Origin: Fimbriimonadaceae bacterium
GTDB taxonomy: Bacteria > Armatimonadota > Fimbriimonadia > Fimbriimonadales > Fimbriimonadaceae
NCBI GenBank assembly: GCA_019454105.1
Contig: CP075364.1
Span: forward strand, 311,362-375,361
Direction of reading: 5' to 3'
Length of the DNA: 64,000 bases
Below the pieces are notes generated by a model. That model searched no databases and had not been told where the DNA came from. It saw only the letters and a list, made by a program, of their open reading frames with translations. How positions within the stretch are numbered: the stretch's first letter is position 1; every line of letters begins with the position of its first letter. Positions 19,171 through 28,505 of this stretch are shown in pieces. The position numbers were made by a program, and so were the translations under genes.

Positions 19171-19344
19171 GACGGCCTCGGAGCGAATGACACGCCAATG
19201 ATACTTGAACCTTCAGTGGCGTCGCGAAGAATGACGGCCTGCGAACTGAATGGCAGCATCGATCGGCTGGAGCGATACTTGATTTCGATCACCAGACCCG
19301 TCCAACGCAGTCTGCATGGGGCCGACCGTTGGCCTGGTCGTCGA

Positions 19345-20037
19345 TTAGCTGCTGCCTGCGGCGACAGGCGTCGATTTGACGCGGGTTCGGACGAGCACGA
19401 CCTTGGGTTTTCCGGTTGGTGACGGCGTCACGATCGCTGCGAAGGAGTCCTCTTCCCTCACCGGCAGTTGGACAGACGAAGAGCCGTTGATCATCGCCTT
19501 GATCGATTCGCCGATGGTGACTTTGGGGCGGTTGGTGGCTTCCTTGCCAGGCTCCACTGGCCCGATAACTTCCTGTGTGCCGTCGCGTCCAATGGTGACC
19601 TGGACTGGCTCAGCCGTCAAGTTGATAATCCGGACAACTTGGTCGCCCTCCGAGCCGAGGAGTTCGCCTCCGAGTGTCTTGACCTCGAATCCTTGGGCTC
19701 CCTGGGTCACCAAGAACGCCGCTTGTTCCTTATTGGCGAACGTATGACGAACGTCTAGCTTGTTGGAACCCTGTTGGAGGCCGACCGTGACTTCCTTTCC
19801 GCTCGCTTGCTTAAACCGCGACGTGACCGAGCCTGGAGGGAGACTGACCTGCTGTTGGTTCGGAGTCATCAGACTCAAGTCTCGTTCGGTCAAGTTTGCG
19901 ACGATGTACTCCGCACTGGACCGCTGGCGTTCCAACAGCTGCGACACCTTCTGTTCGTCTGAAGACGCGCAACCGCCAGCGGCCCAGAGGGCCACTGGCG
20001 ACAAGAGCGTTATGAGACGAGTTGAGAACTGGCTCAC
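19345..20037 (-). CDS. Lipoprotein, two beta-rich repeats (possibly DUF4397-like)
   Basis: GTG at 20037 overlaps the upstream stop (GTGA). The signal plus lipobox reads LLSPVALWAAGG|C. Repeats occur around YIVANLTERDLSL and VRIINLTAEPVQV. Confidence 0.6.
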   Translation of the reverse strand: MSQFSTRLITLLSPVALWAAGGCASSDEQKVSQLLERQRSSAEYIVANLTERDLSLMTPNQQQVSLPPGSVTSRFKQASGKEVTVGLQQGSNKLDVRHTFANKEQAAFLVTQGAQGFEVKTLGGELLGSEGDQVVRIINLTAEPVQVTIGRDGTQEVIGPVEPGKEATNRPKVTIGESIKAMINGSSSVQLPVREEDSFAAIVTPSPTGKPKVVLVRTRVKSTPVAAGSS

Positions 20038-20222
20038 TCGTCGATCGTCTGCGTCCGGCCGACTCCGGAGCGCTCTTCGCCTTTTGAGTCAGGCACGACG
20101 ACGGCATCGCCTTCGCTTCCCTTGGAAGCCTCGACGGTCTTGGTCGATTCTGAACAGCCAATTGCGGCGAGGCCTAGCAGAGCGGCGAGGATCAGTCCAG
20201 GAAGAATCCGTATTAGTTTCAT
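20034..20222 (-). CDS. Mini-lipoprotein (62 aa), acidic low-complexity mature part
   Basis: It is hidden inside shadow ORF 20034..20384. ATG at 20222 gives MKLIRILPGLILAALLGLAAIG|CSESTK... No clear SD. Confidence 0.5.
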   Translation of the reverse strand: MKLIRILPGLILAALLGLAAIGCSESTKTVEASKGSEGDAVVVPDSKGEERSGVGRTQTIDE

Positions 20223-20290
20223 GGATGAGTCAGATTGTGGCCGAATCAGGTTCGGGCCCCAGAGGTCTTGGGGCCCAAACCTTGAATCTC

Positions 20291-21253
20291 TTACTGGTAG
20301 TTGAAGTCCGAGTCGGGTCGGAACATGCAGGAGTAGTAGGGCAGAGTGACCGAACCCGGGGCCGTGCATCCCCATTGCGTCCACGGTTCGCCGCCCGTAA
20401 TGATGTGGGCGTACGGCGACTCGTTGTAGCGCCGGTTGGGCTCAGCCGGGGGAACTCCGGTGATGCGGCCTGAGCGATAGAATTTCGCAGACGAGTCAGA
20501 CCGGACTGCGTTCCAGCCATCGCCGAACACGTAGGAGCTGACGCCGTCAAATGACCAGAACCAACCCCAGGCATGACCGCCGCTCAGAGTGGCGTCGGAC
20601 TGGGGAGGGCCGTTCGGGTTGAACCGACATTCGTTGGCTCGGCCGTTGCACAGCATGACCGGGTTGGCAGGATACGTCCGACCTTCCCAAGAAGCCTTAC
20701 CGATGCCGGCCCAGACCATGATCAATTTGCTGGGTTCCGTGATCGCGGAAGCAGACCAAGCGTGGAGCAAGCCGTTGTACGACATGCTGATCGACTTGGC
20801 GCGAGCCGCGGCCACAGGATCCGAGAAGTTCGCGTTATCGGCCGAACTGCGCACCTTGCCAGCACCCAGGCCGTCGTAGATGTCCGAGTTCTTGACATAG
20901 CTCTGGACGCTATTGGCCCAGGGGGCGCGAGCGACACCCTGCCAGACCGGATTGGTGGCCCAGGAGCCCGAAGTGTGCCAGTCGGCCGGGAAGGGCACCG
21001 TGCCGTTCCAGTACCACTTGGCTCTTGTCGGAACCGGGTCGTGGCCGAAGGCGAGCGGCAGGTTGTCTTCGGTGTCGGTTGAGTAGACCAACGTGGCCGT
21101 ACCCATCTGCTTGTAGTTCGAAAGGTTCGCGGCCTTCTTCGCCGACTCCTTCGCCTGAGCGAAGACAGGGAAGAGGATCGCCGCGAGGATCGCGATGATC
21201 GCGATCACGACGAGGAGCTCGATGAGCGTGAACGCTCGAGTAACTCTTTTCAT
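20291..21253 (-). CDS. Prepilin-type N-terminal cleavage/methylation protein (DUF1559-like pseudopilin)
   Basis: ORF-track 20291..21301 trimmed to ATG 21253, with GGAGA 8 nt upstream. N-terminus [36 protein letters not shown]. Confidence 0.85.
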   Translation of the reverse strand: MKRVTRAFTLIELLVVIAIIAILAAILFPVFAQAKESAKKAANLSNYKQMGTATLVYSTDTEDNLPLAFGHDPVPTRAKWYWNGTVPFPADWHTSGSWATNPVWQGVARAPWANSVQSYVKNSDIYDGLGAGKVRSSADNANFSDPVAAARAKSISMSYNGLLHAWSASAITEPSKLIMVWAGIGKASWEGRTYPANPVMLCNGRANECRFNPNGPPQSDATLSGGHAWGWFWSFDGVSSYVFGDGWNAVRSDSSAKFYRSGRITGVPPAEPNRRYNESPYAHIITGGEPWTQWGCTAPGSVTLPYYSCMFRPDSDFNYQ

Positions 21254-21382
21254 GAGTGCAGTCTCCGTTGACGGATGTTGATGACTGGGCTTGAAGCCCA
21301 TCTAACATTATACGACTTTCGCCGGAAACTTGATCCTCTTGTCGGGAACAACCCGGCTCAAAGCCCGTATAAGTACTAGCGC

Positions 21383-21979
21383 TCAGCGGCCGCTGATCTC
21401 TTCGGTACCTGTCTTGCCCTCGAAGCTTTCGCCCGCATGAGGCACGGCGACGTCTTCGACGGCAGGGCCCTTGGTCCCATGGGCGAAAACGACGTCTTCG
21501 CCGCCCAATGGGAATTCTTTGCGAAGCGGGAACCCGACCCAGTCGTCAGGGAGCAAGAACCGCTCGCCAGGGACTGCCTCGTTGCCCTCGAAGACGATCC
21601 CGAAGAGGTCCTGGACCTCCCGCTCCGGGTATTCGGCGCCCAAGAAGACGTGCTTGAGCGTTGGCACCTTCTGGCCGTCGTCGACACCGACCTTGATGAA
21701 GAGCCGGTCGCCAGTCTGGTGGTTCATCAAGTTGTAGACCACCTCGAACCTTTCAGGAAGGTCGCGCTCGTGCTTCCACTCAGAGTAGTCCACTCCCACG
21801 CACTCGCTGAAGTAGTCGTAGCTCAACCCAGGATCCTCTTTCAGGTACGAGACAACCTCCACGAGACGGGAGCGGTCGATGCAGACGAAGGTCTCACCCC
21901 GGTGCTCCTTCACTTTGAGGATCGAGCCGCCAAATCTCGCTTCGAGAGCAGCGACGTCGTGCCGCACCGCCAAACTCAC
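21383..21979 (-). CDS. nuoC: NADH-quinone oxidoreductase subunit C (30-kDa subunit)
   Basis: DYFSECVGVDYS...RFEVVYNL...EYPEREVQDLFGIVFEG...DDWVGFPLRKEFP matches the Complex I 30-kDa pattern. The GTG start overlaps the nuoA stop (GTGA). Confidence 0.85.
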   Translation of the reverse strand: MSLAVRHDVAALEARFGGSILKVKEHRGETFVCIDRSRLVEVVSYLKEDPGLSYDYFSECVGVDYSEWKHERDLPERFEVVYNLMNHQTGDRLFIKVGVDDGQKVPTLKHVFLGAEYPEREVQDLFGIVFEGNEAVPGERFLLPDDWVGFPLRKEFPLGGEDVVFAHGTKGPAVEDVAVPHAGESFEGKTGTEEISGR

Positions 21980-22401
21980 GCGGCCTCCGCATCAGGGCTC
22001 AGGCCGAGCTTCTCAGGGGCCAGGCTCGTCGCCTCATCCCAGTCGATCGCCCCAATCTTGATCACATAGGCGTCGCCAATGATCCAGAGAAGCATGTAGA
22101 CGGCAACGGCCGCCCCGCTAAAAACCTGGAACTCCAGGCTCCCCGTTTTGAAGACCGTCAGCCAACTCCAGAGGAACACCACTTCGATGTCGAACAAGAC
22201 GAAGAGGATGGCGACCAGATAAAACTTGATGGGGAACCGCTCCCTCGCGTCACCCTGTGGCTCGACGCCACACTCGTAAGGACTTTGCTTATAAGGGGTC
22301 ACCTTCTTTGGGCCGAGCACCCAACTCAAAGTCACCATCGCTCCGCAGATCACTCCGGCGACGGCCATGAGGATCAGGATCGGCATGAAATCGCCCAACA
22401 T
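21976..22401 (-). CDS. nuoA: NADH-quinone oxidoreductase subunit A
   Basis: YECGVEP...FPIKFYLVAILFVLFDIEVVFLWSW...YVIKIGAIDW is the NuoA/ND3 signature. Confidence 0.85.
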   Translation of the reverse strand: MLGDFMPILILMAVAGVICGAMVTLSWVLGPKKVTPYKQSPYECGVEPQGDARERFPIKFYLVAILFVLFDIEVVFLWSWLTVFKTGSLEFQVFSGAAVAVYMLLWIIGDAYVIKIGAIDWDEATSLAPEKLGLSPDAEAA

Positions 22402-22421
22402 GCTCGGCCGGGAGGATACCC

Positions 22422-24998
22422 CTAGGCTGTTTCTCGCTCATAGGCGACGATCGACAGTTCGGTGGCGACATTGACATCTTCGTTACTGGGCACCACCCGA
22501 ACGATGTAGCCACGATGGCCAGGCTCAGGGCAAGGAACCTTCCCAACGAAGACGTGCCTGGCGCCCTGGGACTCGACATGGGCCAAGTCATGGAACTCAA
22601 TGTGGGTCAGCTCTCGGTTCGAAGAAACTTGGCCGGCGACGGCCTGGACCCTGACGTCCTCGATTTGGAGCTGCCCCAGTTCGACTAAGGCCTTGACCTC
22701 GACCTCTCCCCCGATGCCGACGCTCCGCTCGGCGTCGTCGGACACGCTGACGATGGCGACGTCTTTCCATGCGCCGCGCAAGCGGTCGCGCCAATCGATC
22801 GCTTTCTTGGCCCGGGCCAGTCCGTCGGCGGTCATCCGGCGATAAGCCTCGTCGCTTGGCATGTAGGCTTTTTCCGTATATTCACGAACCATTCTTAAGG
22901 TGCTGTAGACGGGCCCAAGGCGTCTCATGCTGCGCTTGATCATCTCGACCCAGCCGACCGGGATCCCGCCTTCGGACCTGTAGTAGAACATGGGGGCGAT
23001 CTCGTTCTCGATCAAGTGATAAAGAGCGCGGCTGTCCATCCAGTCCTGATAGCCTTCATCGTTGGTCTCCATGCCTTCGCCGATCGCCCACCCGACTCCC
23101 GGCTCGTAGGCTTCGGCCCACCAACCGTCCAGCACCGAGCAGTTGAGGCCGCCGTTCGGAACGACCTTCATCCCGCTCGTCCCGCTGGCTTCCATCGGCC
23201 GCCTCGGGTTGTTGAGCCACACGTCGACCCCTTGGATCAGCCTTCGTGCGACCGACATGTCGTAGTCCTGCAAGAAGACCATTCGAGTCCTCGCTCCTTC
23301 GTTCTGAATGAAATGGCTGATGTCCTGGATCAGCCTCTTTCCGCCGTCGTCCCGCGGGTGGCTCTTCCCGGAGAAGACGAATTGGACGGGCCTGTCTGGA
23401 TGAAAGAGTAGGGCCTTGAGCCTCTCTTTATCCTGGAACAAGAGGGTCGCTCGTTTGTAGGTCGCGAAGCGACGGGCGAAGCCGATGGTCAAGGTCCTTG
23501 GATCGAGCACCTCGTTGACACCGGCCATGTCGACCGGACCAGAACTGCTTGCTCTGAACTGGGCCCGGAGTTTTCGGCGGCAGTATCGGACAAAGTCCCC
23601 GCGTTCGTTCTCTCGGAGTTCCCAAAGGTCGGCATTGGGAACTGACTCGATTGCGTCCCAGACTCTTTGATCCGCCGCGTTCTCCCGCCAGTCGTTCCCC
23701 AAGTACCGGTCGAACAGTTCCGTCATTCGGCGACCCATCCAAGTCATCGTATGGATCCCGTTTGTGACCGAATCGATCGGAACCTCTTCCAGCGCATAGT
23801 CAGGCCAGCGGTCCGAGAACATCTTGCGAGAGACTTCTGCGTGGAGCTTCGAGACTCCATTGACATAGTTGGCGTTCTCCATGGCGAGGACAGCCATATT
23901 GAACTTTTCGTCTGAGTTCTTCGGATTGATCCTTCCGAGCTCGAGAAGCTTGGGGACCCCAATCCCGAGACTGTCGGCTGCCTTGCCGACATACTTTTCG
24001 ATCAAGGAAGAGTCGAACACGTCGAAGCCAGCGGGCACTGGAGTGTGTGTCGTGAAAACATTGCCGGCCACAACGCACTGGCGTGCTGTTCGGAAATCGC
24101 ACTTCTGCTCGGCCATGAACTGGCGAAGCCTCTCCAGGGACAGGAAGGCGGCGTGGCCCTCGTTCATGTGGCAAACGGTCGGGCGTACGCCGATCGCGGT
24201 CAGGGCGCGATAGCCTCCTACCCCAAGGATCAGTTCCTGTCGGATCCGCATGTCCTCGTCGCCGCCGTAGAGGGTGTCGGTGATCCCTTGGTCGCTGGGG
24301 GCGTTTTCAAGGATGTTCGAGTCAAGCAGATAGAGGGCGACCCGACCGACTTGGGCCTTCCAGACTTGGACGAAGACCGGCTTGTCAGGGAAGTCGATCG
24401 TCACTCGCACCGGCCTGTCGTCGTCGCCGCGAACCAGCGTCAGGGGAAGCCGATAGAAGTCGTACTGCGGGTATCGCTCCTGTTGCCAAGCGTCAGGACT
24501 GAGTGACTGGCGGAAATAGCCGCGCGAATAAAGCAATCCCACTCCGACCAACGGCACGCCGAGGTCGCTCGCAGCTTTGAGGTGGTCTCCGGCCAGGACG
24601 CCAAGCCCCCCGGAATAGATAGGCAGGGACTCGCTGACCCCAAACTCGGCGGAGAAGTAGGCGACAAGGCTGTCCGACCGCCTTCCCGGGAAATGGCGGT
24701 CGAACCAAGTCTCGGCAAACATGTACCTATCGAGCTCGCGCTCACAGAGCTGAATCTGGGCGAGGAAGACCTCGTCGTTCGCGAGACGGTCGATCTGAGA
24801 CTTGGACAATTGGTTGACGAGCTCGACCGGGTTGTGCTCGACCTGCTCCCAAAGATCCTTGGCCATGTTCCTGAACAAGGATCGGGTCTCGTGGTTCCAA
24901 GTCCACCAGAAGTTCATCGCCAGCTTGCGGAGCGGGCGCAGGTTCTCGGGCAGCTCCTTGGTGACTTCGAACGAACGGGCGAACTTGAGACTCCTCAT
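22422..24998 (-). CDS. glgP: Alpha-glucan phosphorylase (GT35, DUF3417-type GlgP)
   Basis: N-terminal DUF3417-type region (NFWWTWN). GGLGVLAGDHLKAASDLGVPLVGVGLLY and SGTSGMK (PLP lysine region) are present. Confidence 0.9.
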   Translation of the reverse strand: MRSLKFARSFEVTKELPENLRPLRKLAMNFWWTWNHETRSLFRNMAKDLWEQVEHNPVELVNQLSKSQIDRLANDEVFLAQIQLCERELDRYMFAETWFDRHFPGRRSDSLVAYFSAEFGVSESLPIYSGGLGVLAGDHLKAASDLGVPLVGVGLLYSRGYFRQSLSPDAWQQERYPQYDFYRLPLTLVRGDDDRPVRVTIDFPDKPVFVQVWKAQVGRVALYLLDSNILENAPSDQGITDTLYGGDEDMRIRQELILGVGGYRALTAIGVRPTVCHMNEGHAAFLSLERLRQFMAEQKCDFRTARQCVVAGNVFTTHTPVPAGFDVFDSSLIEKYVGKAADSLGIGVPKLLELGRINPKNSDEKFNMAVLAMENANYVNGVSKLHAEVSRKMFSDRWPDYALEEVPIDSVTNGIHTMTWMGRRMTELFDRYLGNDWRENAADQRVWDAIESVPNADLWELRENERGDFVRYCRRKLRAQFRASSSGPVDMAGVNEVLDPRTLTIGFARRFATYKRATLLFQDKERLKALLFHPDRPVQFVFSGKSHPRDDGGKRLIQDISHFIQNEGARTRMVFLQDYDMSVARRLIQGVDVWLNNPRRPMEASGTSGMKVVPNGGLNCSVLDGWWAEAYEPGVGWAIGEGMETNDEGYQDWMDSRALYHLIENEIAPMFYYRSEGGIPVGWVEMIKRSMRRLGPVYSTLRMVREYTEKAYMPSDEAYRRMTADGLARAKKAIDWRDRLRGAWKDVAIVSVSDDAERSVGIGGEVEVKALVELGQLQIEDVRVQAVAGQVSSNRELTHIEFHDLAHVESQGARHVFVGKVPCPEPGHRGYIVRVVPSNEDVNVATELSIVAYERETA

Positions 24999-25017
24999 AT
25001 TGCCCCTAGATTATCGG

Positions 25018-26829
25018 CTAGTTCCTCAGAAGATTGCCGGGCAGCTTCGGCTCGAGGCGCGTTCGGTCAGCGGTGGCGGTCAAGACGAACCGCTTTCCAT
25101 CGACGACGAACGGGTCTACGGTGACCGACTTCCAGGCTCTCGGCAACCGGGGCCGAACGGAAACCCATTCGCCGGTCCGGGTCTGAAGGCTCCAGGACGC
25201 CCCGCCTTGGGGCTTGGAGTCGACACGCACCCCAAGGAAGCCGTAGAGCACCGCGTTGAGGCACCCGCCTGCACCGGTCAGAAAGTACGTCGAGCGGCCG
25301 TTCGGGGCCTCGCTGAATTGGAGGTGCGGGCCGTGTGTGTACTTCTTCCAGCTCTCCTTCCAAGTCTGGTATGCGGTTTCGGGGTCGTCGTACCTGGCCT
25401 CGACAAGTGCCTGAAGGCACAAGGTCATGGCCGGGCCGTTCGGGGTCGTCGATCCCTTGAACCGAGCGAGCATCTTGGTGGCCTCTTGTTCGGCCCGCCG
25501 ATCCTGAAGTGGCCACACGGCCAGAAGCGCCGCAGCCTGCTTGTGGCCTTTGAGCCGGTCCCCTGTGTAGCTGAGAAAGGTCGTGGCGTCGCGTGGACGA
25601 TAGAACTTGCCGCGCCACTTCGGCCCCAGGGCCGCCTCTGTGGCGACGTTGGTGTAAAGGTCGTCGTCGACGGTGGCGAACTCGTCCGGCGACATGACGT
25701 CCTTGAGCGTCCACTGGCCGTCTGGCCGCTGCTCGGCTCTCTGGGCGAGGAACTTGCCCACGCTTTCCTCGGCTTCCTTCAAGGCGAGGCGATCGACCAG
25801 CCCTTGTGCGGCTGCTTGACGGAGCCAGAACAGGACGGTCGCGCTGATGTGGTGCTGACGCTCGGACTCTGCCGGAGCGTTCTCGCGTCCGTCGCGACCG
25901 CCCTCCCAAGGAAACTTGGCGGCCCCAAGGATCGGAATGAGCCCAGTCTTTTCAGCCCATAACTGGTACTCGATTCTGGCCGCTTCGAGTTTTTCGAGCC
26001 TGTATCTCGGCACAATCCTCGCTCTCTCGGGGGCGAGAAAGAGGAGCGCGGGAAACATCCAAGCGTCCGAGTCCCAAAAAACACGCCCGCCGTATTTGTC
26101 GTTCGACAGCCCGAACGGGCCGGGCGGCATCTTGAGGCTGGGCTCATGACTGAGAGCGAGATACCGGAGCATCGTCTCCACGGCAGATTGGTCCTCACTT
26201 GGTCCGTCGATCTTGATGGTCGGCAAGACGGGTCGCGAGGCGTCGGCAACGACGTCGATGCCCAATGAATGGTTTCCAACGACCGTCGTCAAGTCGTTCT
26301 CTCGGTCAACCTCCCATTCTGTCCCGGCGGCCACAGGGTCGGTCTCGATCTTCGGGGGCGTCTTTGATCGGACGAGGAAGCGTTCCAAGACACGCATGGA
26401 TTGAGGGCGGATCTCCAACGTCCTAGAGACTTGGGCCGCGCCTGCTGGCTTTTCGGGCCACGCCAAGGACAAGCCGTCAGGATCGAGCCGGGCTTCGGCG
26501 AGTGGCCAAGCAAGAGTCTTGCCGTTGATGATTGGAACCGAAGCGAGCGGGTGCGGCCGTCGGCGCAACCTGTCCGTGCCCTCCTCTTCCCAATCTTCAG
26601 CAGTGAAAGCCGGACCGATCGGGCCCCCAGCCTCGCTGACGCGGAACCCAATCAGGCCGTTGGTCAACCAGAGCGATCGGGCCACGCGGGACTCGATCTC
26701 GACCTCGCTTTCGGCCTCGTTTTGGGACGCCATGGGAGAGCATCCCACCGCGAGCCAACTGATGCCCAGGGCTCCAAGTGCGACACACCATACAATCCGG
26801 GTGATGAGTGGGCGCATGACGACCTTCAA
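25018..26829 (-). CDS. GH65-like (alpha/alpha)6-barrel glycoside hydrolase/phosphorylase, lipoprotein
   Basis: The motifs are FWDSDAWMFPALLF, FPWEGGRDGRE, HISATVLFW and YFLTGAGG. The lipobox is WLAVG|C. The track start is TTG 26829. ATG 26817 (MRPLITRIVW) is equally plausible. Confidence 0.7.
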   Translation of the reverse strand: MKVVMRPLITRIVWCVALGALGISWLAVGCSPMASQNEAESEVEIESRVARSLWLTNGLIGFRVSEAGGPIGPAFTAEDWEEEGTDRLRRRPHPLASVPIINGKTLAWPLAEARLDPDGLSLAWPEKPAGAAQVSRTLEIRPQSMRVLERFLVRSKTPPKIETDPVAAGTEWEVDRENDLTTVVGNHSLGIDVVADASRPVLPTIKIDGPSEDQSAVETMLRYLALSHEPSLKMPPGPFGLSNDKYGGRVFWDSDAWMFPALLFLAPERARIVPRYRLEKLEAARIEYQLWAEKTGLIPILGAAKFPWEGGRDGRENAPAESERQHHISATVLFWLRQAAAQGLVDRLALKEAEESVGKFLAQRAEQRPDGQWTLKDVMSPDEFATVDDDLYTNVATEAALGPKWRGKFYRPRDATTFLSYTGDRLKGHKQAAALLAVWPLQDRRAEQEATKMLARFKGSTTPNGPAMTLCLQALVEARYDDPETAYQTWKESWKKYTHGPHLQFSEAPNGRSTYFLTGAGGCLNAVLYGFLGVRVDSKPQGGASWSLQTRTGEWVSVRPRLPRAWKSVTVDPFVVDGKRFVLTATADRTRLEPKLPGNLLRN

Positions 26830-27490
26830 AGGTAATGGTTCGACCTATCAAGGCTACCTGGCTCCAAGCCTTGTGGGAACCGGGCCTGGAGTCGTCGTGA
26901 TTCAAGAATGGTGGGGGCTTGTGGGGCATATCAAGAGTGTCTCCGACCGCTTTGCCGAAGCAGGCTTCACAGCTCTGGCTCCTGACTTCTATCACGGAAA
27001 GACGACGACGGAACCGGACGAAGCAGGGTCGATGATGATGGCCCTGAACATCGACGAGGCCGGCAAGGTCATTCAAGGAGCTGTCGACGCCTTGCTCGCC
27101 GAGCCGACGACAATCCAAGGCCCCGTTGGCGTGGTCGGATTCTGTATGGGAGGACAGCTGGCGCTTTATGCGGCGTGCATCGACCCGAGGGTGGGGGCGT
27201 GCGTCGACTTCTATGGCGTCCACCCTCAAGTCCGGCCGGACTTTGCCGCTCTCCAGAGTCCTGTCTTGGGGATCTTTGCCGAGGATGACCCCTATGCCGG
27301 CACCGAAGAAATCCGAGAACTCGCGGCGCAGTTTGGTGCCCTTGGCAAGACTTTTCTCTTCGAGACCTTCCCCGGAACTCAACACGCGTTCTTCAACGAC
27401 GACCGGCCCGCGGTCTACCATGCTGAGGCGGCGGCGAAGGCATGGGCCTTGACCGTGGCGTTCCTCCAAAAGAACCTTTCAAAGGCTTGA
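26816..27490 (+). CDS. Dienelactone hydrolase family protein
   Basis: ORF-track 26519..27490 trimmed to ATG 26816. MTTFKGNGSTYQGYLAPS...GPGVVVIQEWWGL, a GFCMGG nucleophile elbow and a C-terminal GTQHAF are present. Confidence 0.85.
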   Translation: MTTFKGNGSTYQGYLAPSLVGTGPGVVVIQEWWGLVGHIKSVSDRFAEAGFTALAPDFYHGKTTTEPDEAGSMMMALNIDEAGKVIQGAVDALLAEPTTIQGPVGVVGFCMGGQLALYAACIDPRVGACVDFYGVHPQVRPDFAALQSPVLGIFAEDDPYAGTEEIRELAAQFGALGKTFLFETFPGTQHAFFNDDRPAVYHAEAAAKAWALTVAFLQKNLSKA

Positions 27491-27494
27491 AGCG

Positions 27495-28505
27495 ATGTCT
27501 TTGACGCCCTTGATTGAAAAGTTGATCGGACATGAAGACTTGGGCCAGGACGACGCCCGAATGGCCCTTGAGGTCATGGTCAGCGGCGAGGAGCCTGCCG
27601 AAAGGATCGCAGGCTTTCTGACTGCGCTCCAGACGAAGGGCGTCACCGCAGACGAGTTGGCTGGGTTCGCAGGTCTCTTGCGGAAGCAGCAACTTGACAT
27701 GGCGGCACGCTTCCCGGGCCTGGTCGACACTTGTGGCACGGGTGGCGGTCGGGCAACGATGAACCTTTCGACCGGAGCGGCGATCGTCGCCGCCTCGGTC
27801 GGAGCCAAGGTTGCCAAGCACGGCAACCGGGCGGTCACGAGCCAATGCGGCTCCGCCGATGTTCTCGAGGCCCTGGGTGTCCGGCTCGAAGCCGACCCCG
27901 AGCGGCTCGAACACGTTCTGGAGCAGGTCGGGATCGTGTTTCTCTTCGCTCCGTCGTTCCACCCGTCGCTCGCAAAGGTCGGCCCCGTGCGCCGGGCACT
28001 CGGGGTGCGGACGGTCTTCAACCAACTCGGGCCGCTCGCCAATCCCGTTGGCGCCAAGCGGCAAGTAGTGGGAGTCTATAGCCTGGAGCTGATCGGTCCG
28101 ATGGCTGAAGCCCTCCGCTTGCTCGGAGCGGAGGAGGCTTTCGTCGTCCACAGCCGCGACGGGCTCGACGAAGTCTCGCCTTGCGCCACGACCGATTACG
28201 CCCACTTGGCCGGTGGCGAGGTTCATCGTGGCGAGTTCAGTCCCGAGGATTTCGGATTGCCGGAGTTGTTGCCGTCGGCGGTCGCGCCAGCCACCGACGC
28301 CGCCGGGGGAGCCCAACTTCTGCGCGAAGCGTTGAGTGAACCGAACTCGCCGCGGTCTTGGGCATTGACGCCCACAGCGACGGTCGCGGTCTATCTGGCA
28401 GGGATCGGCGGAAGTCTCCGTGAGGCGGCCCGGATTGTCCGCGACAAGCAAGAGGCGGGCGCGCCCTGGCGGACGCTCGAAGCGCTGGTGGCCAGCCAAT
28501 CGTGA
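27495..28505 (+). CDS. trpD: Anthranilate phosphoribosyltransferase
   Basis: DTCGTGGG, KHGNRAVTSQCGSADVLEALG and FLFAPSFHP are present. Confidence 0.95.
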   Translation: MSLTPLIEKLIGHEDLGQDDARMALEVMVSGEEPAERIAGFLTALQTKGVTADELAGFAGLLRKQQLDMAARFPGLVDTCGTGGGRATMNLSTGAAIVAASVGAKVAKHGNRAVTSQCGSADVLEALGVRLEADPERLEHVLEQVGIVFLFAPSFHPSLAKVGPVRRALGVRTVFNQLGPLANPVGAKRQVVGVYSLELIGPMAEALRLLGAEEAFVVHSRDGLDEVSPCATTDYAHLAGGEVHRGEFSPEDFGLPELLPSAVAPATDAAGGAQLLREALSEPNSPRSWALTPTATVAVYLAGIGGSLREAARIVRDKQEAGAPWRTLEALVASQS

